A stretch of 8,662 nt of DNA from Trichoplax adhaerens (lineage: Eukaryota > Animalia > Placozoa), in the NCBI RefSeq assembly GCF_000150275.1, contig NW_002061174.1, forward strand, positions 1 through 8,662. The letters run 5' to 3'. Positions within the stretch are counted from its first letter, which is position 1, and every line of letters begins with the position of its first letter. The notes under the pieces are model-generated. The model searched no databases, had not been told where the DNA came from, and saw only the letters and a program-made list of their open reading frames with translations. Below, one piece after another: positions 1 through 7,788 of this stretch. The position numbers were made by a program, and so were the translations under genes.

Positions 1-434
1 GTCTATTTGTATCACAACAGTATTATTATTATACCTTACTAGGAGAAACATCTCGAACTGAGATGTTCATTTCATAGCTTTTCTATCAGTAAATATTTTG
101 AATCTCTTACTCATACTTAATCTTAATCTAAGCTCTTAGGTTGTCTAATTCAACTATCATCAACTAGAACTTGAATCATCTTACTGCTATCTATCACACA
201 ATAACAATCAATATCAAATATGTAATGAACTATTACAAACAACATCTACCTTAAGGCATTATTTACCTTGCCTAGCACTACAAATATGGATATTCTCCAT
301 ACTAGCTACTACTGTACTTATTAAACTATCCTGATGACAAGGCAACACCGTAATAATGTCTTTATTCATAATTTTGGGGTTATGTCCATTAATTTCTGGA
401 TCTAATATACTTTGATGCCAAAAGGAGTTGGAGA
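1..434 (+). pseudogene. Degenerate fragment of a leucine-rich-repeat GPCR (LGR / GRL101- or RXFP-like): last LRRs, hinge, TM1 and TM2; truncated by the window start
   Basis: Frame 1 from base 1 reads VYLYHNSIIIIP (LRR consensus LxLxxNxIxxIP), stop, then KHLELR...FESLTH. Frame 2 continues LNLNLSS (together FxxLxxLxxLxLxx) and, open from 149 to 331, QLELESSYCYLSHNNNQYQICNELLQTTSTLRHYLPCLALQIWIFSILATTVLI (hinge-like Cys region then a TM1-like IWIFSILA). Bases 352-372 NNVFIHN join by a 1-nt shift to 374-400 LGLCPLISG (TM2-like FIxNLxxxDxxxG). Frame 3 at 405-434 gives IYFDAKRSWR. Domain order is collinear with LGRs, with several stops, frameshifts and apparent deletions. Recognised by eye; no search run. 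Confidence 0.6.
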
Positions 435-1652
435 AAAGAACGAATAATTAAAAAAAATATGAGAAGATTCTCTTTACATTTTCGCCAATTACGTATTTCT
501 ATAATAAAATTATTCAATATTGCTTTGTGTTTATTATAACAATAGCAATCCAATCTATCTCATATATAAAAGGCGATTAGCAATAGAATTGAAGGAAAGA
601 CGTCAAAAATTCTCAATAAGATTGTAGATTACTGGTACATTAAGTATGCCTACTATCTTAATGCCAAATTTATGTAAAATTATTATGAAATCAGTGGCGT
701 TAAATATGATAATAATCATAATAAATGAAAATATACTAAAGAAATTGTAACAGTTGAATAATCAAAACATGTTTACAAAAAAATAACTATTTTGATTGGG
801 TCAATTTGTAGCTGACTAAATATTATAAGTTATGTTAACTCCTAGATAATATTTATCGATTGCTTTGCTTTTTTAATAAATTCTTATGCTAGTATTTAAA
901 TATACAACTGACTATTAGGACGATCATCGATATCAAAATGCCTTATTAATGCGATTGAAAAAATGACTTAGTTTTCATAGACTAATTATAAAATTTGTGC
1001 TACATCAGACATTACGCCTTTAAGTAGAAGTTTATCATGTTTTAATTTTTAATATCGGAATTGCAACTAAGTAAGCAATTTAAACCATTCAATTTTTTTA
1101 TTAATATCGGCAAATCATATTAAGATAATTTATGCGGCAAGAAGAAATTGATACATATGCAACTATCCCAATTCTATGAAATTCTAAGAAGTTTGTAGTG
1201 AGCCTATATTTAAGAATTATGAAGTATATTCTGTTATGGAACGTAATTCTTTCAAAATGATTTCTCAATAAAGAACCAAATTATAGTGATGGTAGTTTAT
1301 TATATAGCAACATTTATCGCATTATTTTAAGGTAGTTATCTAGGGTTGATAATTACATATTACAGTACGTCTATTAGTTAAAGCGATAATGCTTCAATCA
1401 TACACATCAGCTCAAAATCTGTAAGGTATTATTTCCGAATAACTATTTGTATAATTAGGGGAAAATGAAACCGTAATTGATTGGTCATAGTAATATTTAT
1501 GGCGGGGCTAATGGTTATTTCAATGATGATAATAAATTAATACACAAATGCAAGTTCTGTTTACAGCTTTTTGTCATAGCTGTAAGCAATAAATTTTTTA
1601 ATTTTACGTGTCGGGCTTGCAGTCGTGCCATAAACATATACCGGTATCGATT

Positions 1653-1658
1653 TTTATT
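1653..1658 (-). promoter_or_regulatory. Candidate polyadenylation signal (AATAAA) for the GPCR
   Basis: Plus-strand tttatt at 1653-1658 is AATAAA on the minus strand, about 80 nt downstream of the GPCR stop codon. The hexamer is common by chance in AT-rich DNA. Confidence 0.4.
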
Positions 1659-1737
1659 TCAATTAATTGATATTTAAAATATAGAATTGATGAAATTTGA
1701 AATAGAAGCCTAAAATATTAGAGCACATTATCAGCAT

Positions 1738-2793
1738 TTAATTGACAGTATAGCGGGTTTGTGCTTCTCCAGCATAGCCAGTAGATTTAAATGCGGAACG
1801 AAATTTCTTATTAAAACCGGCATATATGATTGGATTGGCAACTGCATTAACATAACTTAATAGATGACATATTGCATACATAACATAAAAATGAGGTGTT
1901 GTGGCAAATGGTAAAACTCGAAAAGCAATAATAAAGAAACAGCAATATAAGGGTAACCAGCATGCTACAAATAACATTGTAATGACCAGCATCATTTTTA
2001 TCGAGGAACGAGCAGCAGCATTATAGAATACTCGATTCTTCTTCAATAAATTGTTTTTGGATTCTCCTAGCCATCGCAAATAAGCAATTACACGTAGATA
2101 GATGGTTATAGTTATCATAAGAGGCAAGATGAAAAGAAAGACAAAAGTACTTGGCACATAAATTTCAGATCCAGTTAGAGTAATAAAATTCATGTAACAT
2201 ATTGGTTGTTCTGGAGATGTTTCATCATCGTAGCGTGTTAAAATAAAGCTAGTTAATGAACAAATGAAACCTAAGATAAATATACCAACTAACATCAGTG
2301 CTTTCCGTTTTTGATTGCCACGATATTCAAGTGAACAAGCTACAGCCCGATAACGATCTATGCCTATTGCAGTCATGGTAAAGACTGACCCTGTTGCGAA
2401 AAATGCTGGTAGCGGCTTAAACAAGTGACATAAGACTCTTCCAAAGGGGAAGTAACATAATAAATCTTCAGCTATTGTGAAAGGTAGGGTTAATGTTACA
2501 ACAAAAATATCATAAATGGACAGGCTTGCTATTAATGTATATGTTAAGGAGGACATCGAACCATGGCGATTTTGATAAACAGTTCGAACGACCATTAAAT
2601 TGCCTAAAACACCAGTAACTAATATCATAGCGCCTATTACAATGATAATAATTTGAAATGTTAACTTATATGGACCAAAATGAGTTAGACATTGAAATGG
2701 CTGGGTTGTACTATTGAAGCTGTTGTTAGTCTTTATCGCCGGTGTCGCGTTGAAATTATAAACTGGATAGGATGTCGATGTAATGGAAGTCAT
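1738..2793 (-). CDS. Class A (rhodopsin-like) 7TM GPCR, orphan neuropeptide-receptor-like (RFamide/NPFF/orexin/tachykinin-receptor-type signature); single coding exon, 351 aa
   Basis: Uninterrupted ATG-to-TAA ORF with seven hydrophobic segments and class A motifs in the correct order and spacing: TM1 G64-N65; TM2 LSIYD (D95=2.50) and P104 (2.59); ECL1 FPFG; C122 (3.25) with an ECL2 Cys199; TM3 D146-R147-Y148; TM5 FILPL...Y; TM6 FVACWLP; TM7 H(7.39)LLSY..NPIIY; helix 8 NKKFRSAF. N-terminal glycosylation sequons NAT, NNS, NST. No Asp at 3.32 (not aminergic) and no Lys at 7.43 (not an opsin). Confidence 0.96.
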   Translation of the reverse strand: MTSITSTSYPVYNFNATPAIKTNNSFNSTTQPFQCLTHFGPYKLTFQIIIIVIGAMILVTGVLGNLMVVRTVYQNRHGSMSSLTYTLIASLSIYDIFVVTLTLPFTIAEDLLCYFPFGRVLCHLFKPLPAFFATGSVFTMTAIGIDRYRAVACSLEYRGNQKRKALMLVGIFILGFICSLTSFILTRYDDETSPEQPICYMNFITLTGSEIYVPSTFVFLFILPLMITITIYLRVIAYLRWLGESKNNLLKKNRVFYNAAARSSIKMMLVITMLFVACWLPLYCCFFIIAFRVLPFATTPHFYVMYAICHLLSYVNAVANPIIYAGFNKKFRSAFKSTGYAGEAQTRYTVN

Positions 2794-4347
2794 TCTGTCA
2801 AAACTTTAAACTTTCCTTGCTACTAGGTTCGATGAAAAAATAATAACAGTTTATAGTTACAACTATCAAAGAATTTAAATACGATCACTACAGGTCAGTA
2901 GTAGAATTAGAATTGTACTTGATGAATTATACCAGGTAGTATTCTATTTATATTTTAATATATTGATAATCACTTTAATATTGAGTAAACGGATGAAAAA
3001 TATAGATCATAGATTCAATTGATAATGCGACGATGAGCATTACTGTCATGGATATTTATAGCATAGGATGAAGACAAATATCCTTTATGCTACTTTTCAT
3101 TAATGTTAATAAATAAGTAGATATTCAAATACCTTGCTGTAGTTAGATAGTTTATCATTGTATGACGCCAATTTCAAAATCTTTCATTAGTTTGTTTCAA
3201 TACCACATTGAAAACACTGCTATCATTTACAGCCGATATTTTACAAGATAATTGCATTGGACTTTGATTAAAATATCATGCACTATTTGTTTAAAAGATA
3301 TATAGAATTGATTGCATTGACAATATTGAATATATTTTGATAAACAAAGCATTTTTAACTTATTGCACCTCCGGCAGGTGTAAGATATTAATACTAAGTG
3401 GTTATATTAATTCATTGGAAGTCTCGGCTCGAACAGATTATTGTAATTCAAAACGCGTCAGCTATAAATATGAAATTTCATTTAATTGCTGTCTATTTTT
3501 CTATTTTGTCTCTATCGTTACCTGAATCACATGACTCATAATGTTTCCATAGCACTCTATCAGTTAGAAATAATTAAAATTAAAATTAATGATAGTATGG
3601 GGCATTTACTCATTAGTGTAAATTTAAATAAATCTATAACTTCGGTTCTGTTGAAAAGTAATTTGAGGCGACCATATCAATTGATTTATTTATCTGTATT
3701 CGTTGGTATCATGTTAATCAGATAGATACTTAATGTTAAGCAATAATTAAAATTGTATCCAATTTACGTGATCTTCATTATTTTTATGAAGAATGTAATA
3801 TCGTCGCTAAGAATCACAAATACAATCAACATATCCTTTACTTGATATAATAGAACAAAAAGTAGGTAATTCTTGTTTTATCTATAAAAAGATAATAATG
3901 CCTTTAGAACTTATTGACGCTATAAATATCAAGAAAAATTAGATATTTTATTATAATTTTGCTGTTGCTAATACTTTTCGCTATGTTAAGGTGATCATTA
4001 CCAAACATTGTAATCTAACGATAATCAAAGAATTTAAAGTTTAAGGGCAATTACATGATACAAAGTTATATTTTGCATCAAACTAGCCTATGTTTAGGTA
4101 ATTTTTTTAGTGAATGTATCAATTTAGTCAGTTAAATAAAAAATTAAGCAGTGATGTAAATGGGATAGCTTGACATAACTTTTAAATAAGTAATTTTAGC
4201 GGATAAATTGCTGAAATAATATAGTCTATGGCTAAATAAAGAAGGGCGTACCCACCAAATTTTAGATTAACACGAGATCCATTTCGGAAACAACCAAGTA
4301 GTTACTGCAATTACGTCTGTCTTCTAAGCAATACATGAATCTACAGA

Positions 4348-4888
4348 NNNNNNNNNNNNNNNNNNNNNNNNNNNNNNNNNNNNNNNNNNNNNNNNNNNNN
4401 NNNNNNNNNNNNNNNNNNNNNNNNNNNNNNNNNNNNNNNNNNNNNNNNNNNNNNNNNNNNNNNNNNNNNNNNNNNNNNNNNNNNNNNNNNNNNNNNNNNN
4501 NNNNNNNNNNNNNNNNNNNNNNNNNNNNNNNNNNNNNNNNNNNNNNNNNNNNNNNNNNNNNNNNNNNNNNNNNNNNNNNNNNNNNNNNNNNNNNNNNNNN
4601 NNNNNNNNNNNNNNNNNNNNNNNNNNNNNNNNNNNNNNNNNNNNNNNNNNNNNNNNNNNNNNNNNNNNNNNNNNNNNNNNNNNNNNNNNNNNNNNNNNNN
4701 NNNNNNNNNNNNNNNNNNNNNNNNNNNNNNNNNNNNNNNNNNNNNNNNNNNNNNNNNNNNNNNNNNNNNNNNNNNNNNNNNNNNNNNNNNNNNNNNNNNN
4801 NNNNNNNNNNNNNNNNNNNNNNNNNNNNNNNNNNNNNNNNNNNNNNNNNNNNNNNNNNNNNNNNNNNNNNNNNNNNNNNNNNNNNNNN
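4348..4888. other. Assembly gap (541 N)
   Basis: Run of N in the sequence. Confidence 0.99.
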
Positions 4889-6649
4889 TCCATCATAATT
4901 TCGGTCTATACCACGCTAAATGATTGATGGTAATTTATTAAGTTCTGAAAAGGAAGATATTGTGGATATTATTAATTAGCTTGACCCTATGCCATATCCA
5001 GTTGGGCATTACACCAAGCCTAATATATTAGCGTTTAGGAATCGCATCGTAAGTAAGTAGGAAGTTTGAGCTCTAAACTTATACAAAAAGCATCAACGAC
5101 CTTAAGATCCCAATATAGTCAGCAGATATAGCGTATTATGATTAGCTGCACGATTTATTACAGCCTACGTCAGAATCTTTTATCAAAATCTTTTATTACC
5201 CAGACGAGAATTATTTAAAAAATCAATCATGAACTACACAATCGATTTGCTAGGTAAACAGGAAAGCCCTTTATTTGATTGACGGAAACATCGGATCTTC
5301 CAAACAAATTATGAAGATTACTGTACTTCAAAAGCAAAATTTGATCAGTACTGAAGTAAAGCAGTTCCTATTAGCCAATAGATTCTGATTTCAATAAACC
5401 TCATTATAAACTCTTTAATAATAATAGAATAATGAGTGATGTAATACACATCGCATGATGATTGCTCTACCATTATTTTTTGAGCAAAATTTACTTGAGA
5501 TAGAGACTACCTAATAAACAGTCTACAACTGCAGTAGAACCAGGCTATCTAGACAAAACCTTACTATATATGTTATGCAAATTTACAATTAGTTATTATC
5601 AAAGCCAGTTTATAAAATTAAACGGGTGCGCAATCGATTGAAATATAATTATGAAGGGTTATGTAAGGTTAGCTATTGATTTCATTGGTTAAATTCATTT
5701 CTTAATTGTTCTTATTTTCGACATTAATTCAAGATGGCTTTGAGAAGTGCATATTTTTCTCTTTTTATACAAATAATGGCTGTTATATTCAAAGTACTAA
5801 CGGTACAATAATCGAAACTATATAGCTATTGTGTCAGATTTATTCTTGCATAAGCGTCAAAGTCGTACACTAATTCAAGCTTCAAGTAACCGAATTCCTT
5901 TCGAATTTAGCAATCAAACGTCTAATTTTAAATTTGTCTTATACACAACGATATTATTTCTAAAAGATTTTAAGCACTATGCAAGTTTGTAAAATTTCAG
6001 TCAAATACTGAATCACAACTGTAATCGCAGGCACATATGATGAGTAAAACCAACACCCGGCAACAATTTTCACAATGAGTTTATTCGAATTTGATATTTA
6101 TATATCCAATAATATAAAATTTAGAATTTAAGTAAATTGACTGATTAATAAAATTATGATTAAATAAATTGAGTAAGCTGTAGACCAAGTTCGAATATAG
6201 CACCACGAATATCAGGCGTCGAAAACATGATAAATTGTAGTCAATGCCGCTTAAATGACTTTGAATTTTACTCTTAAGAACCAAATAGTAAAAATTCAAA
6301 ATAGATGCGGATAATTACTTACAAAGTTTAAATGAATTTAAGCAGCTATACAGTCCATTAACTGAAGATCTATAGAGTTTATCTCTACTTTAATGCATAA
6401 ACTACAACATTTCTATATACTGTAGGTATAGCGTCGCTAATATACATTATGTTACAGAATAGCTACCACGGAATTAATATGCCTTAATATTTGTATTGGA
6501 GAAGCGCTCGTCTAAAGTTTTGGCAGTATCCGATATGTCATTTTTACTGCTTAATTCTGTAGAATGTTATGTATGGCCTAAAATAAAACAGATCTTGGTG
6601 CCATTCACTTTCGAATTAGTTATAATAGCCTTAAATAAAAGACTTTTCT

Positions 6650-7104
6650 CTATATCGATGTTGTCGTAGAAGTATTTTGGTTAATAATTTCTAAAATCTT
6701 TGGATGTATCACAGCGCTATCTTGAATTGATTGATACGTAGTTCTCGATACTTTATTAGCGGTTCTGTTAGAATTGTTGCCGTGGCTCTTTAGTCAGAGA
6801 GTCAGTCACCTTGCAATCAGTTTACTTTTCTACTTTCCTATAACACTTGATGAGGTCAGAAATTATCTGCTGTGGTGGAATGAACATACGATTCATAGAT
6901 CGTCTAATTAGAATAATACGTATCTTGAGATACTTTAAATATATGTATAGCACCTTTCGAAAAAATGGAGATTTTCCGACGTGATCTTTTCTAAATTTTT
7001 AGCTGCGTGGAAGCTGCTCTCCTTTGAAGCGATAGCCAATTCATTTAACAGAGCAAAAACAAAATCACATGGTATGATTGAAGGTGACAGTAATAAGTAC
7101 ATAT
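6650..7104 (-). pseudogene. Tentative spliced coding segment (3 exons: 7104-6954, 6903-6826, 6764-6650), product unknown; gene 3' part or pseudogene
   Basis: Two GT-AG introns (6953-6904, 50 nt; 6825-6765, 61 nt, ending ctaacag) join three segments in consistent phase 2 into 113 stop-free codons: MYLLLSPSIIPCDFVFALLNELAIASKESSFHAAKNLEKITSENLHFFE-R-RSMNRMFIPPQQIISDLIKCYRKVE-K-TANKVSRTTYQSIQDSAVIHPKILEIINQNTSTTTSI*. The first exon is preceded by an acceptor-like ttgcag. Splice sites were hand-picked, the first donor (gtgcta) is weak, and no family is recognised. Confidence 0.35.
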
Positions 7105-7574
7105 CTGCAACGCATATTTATGATAAAGTAAATAATTTTTTTTATCTATACAATTGCATACATATAGTTTTACAATGGTCATTACGTTTTGTAATACCCA
7201 ATCTTATATATTACGTTTGAAGCTCTTCTCTATGATCCACTTTTATGGTTAATATGCTAGCCTAATTAGTTACTTCACTCTTCCTGTAGAGAATATCAAG
7301 ATAGATAGAAGACGCAATTAAGTAAAACATTCCGAATCTGTCACACCAATACATTATACGGTATTGAATAAGCGAACTTTATTCCAAAAGATTGTTCCTT
7401 TGATTCCTAAATTTCTTTGGCCATAAAATTCTTCATAGATATTAGTTTCTAGGATAATTCGTACTCTTTGTTTCCTTTCTATGCAGCAGTAGAAGATAAT
7501 ACAGTAGATAGTATCTTCACAGCTAACTCGCGACCAATGATGTAATTGTCTGTTTGATTGTAGATTCTTATAGG

Positions 7575-7624
7575 NNNNNNNNNNNNNNNNNNNNNNNNNN
7601 NNNNNNNNNNNNNNNNNNNNNNNN
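7575..7624. other. Assembly gap (50 N, probably a placeholder size)
   Basis: Run of exactly 50 N. Confidence 0.99.
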
Positions 7625-7671
7625 TTGATAAGCGATTACTGTGATCTTCATAAAAAGCGAATTTTTCCGGA

Positions 7672-7788
7672 TTTGTGTCCGATATAGTTTTCGGATTCTG
7701 GGACCGGTCGGGTTTGTGTCCGATATAATTTTCCTGTTTTGGAACCGGTCGGGTTTATTTTATGTCTGAATTATAATTTTTCTGTTTT
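7672..7788. repeat. 41-bp tandem repeat: two full copies plus a degenerate partial third
   Basis: 7672-7712 tttgtgtccgatatagttttcggattctgggaccggtcggg and 7713-7753 tttgtgtccgatataattttcctgttttggaaccggtcggg match at 35/41 positions. 7759-7788 tttatgtctgaattataatttttctgtttt aligns to the first ~28 nt of the unit. Confidence 0.92.

Noticed and set aside
1477-1677. 66-aa plus-strand ORF with CKFC and CRAC (apparent zinc-ribbon CxxC pairs)
   Set aside because: Starts at TTG, is short, overlaps the likely GPCR 3' UTR in antisense, and has no other support.
2850-2952. TATAAA-like boxes on the minus strand upstream of the GPCR (2850-2855, 2947-2952)
   Set aside because: Too frequent by chance at this AT content to call a promoter without transcription start data.
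3337-3725. Two overlapping short ORFs (62 and 79 aa)
   Set aside because: TTG starts, low-complexity residues typical of AT-rich DNA, no motifs; consistent with chance.
4324-4898. ORF-track entries 4324..4896 (-) and 4335..4898 (+)
   Set aside because: Artefacts of translating through the N gap.
6081-6299. 72-aa minus-strand ORF
   Set aside because: TTG start and N/I/L/F/Y-rich composition typical of non-coding AT-rich DNA; at most part of the exon relic, not a standalone gene.
6981-7220. 79-aa plus-strand ORF
   Set aside because: GTG start, no motif; more likely the antisense shadow of the minus-strand exon at 7104-6954.
1-7574. Idea that the host uses a TAA/TAG=Gln genetic code, since several relic frames have TAR stops
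   Set aside because: The intact 351-aa GPCR has no internal TAR codon and ends at TAA shortly after helix 8, and the relics also contain TGA stops and frameshifts; ordinary decay or chance explains them.
7672-7788. Possible CRISPR array
   Set aside because: Contiguous tandem units without unique spacers, eukaryotic context, no cas genes.
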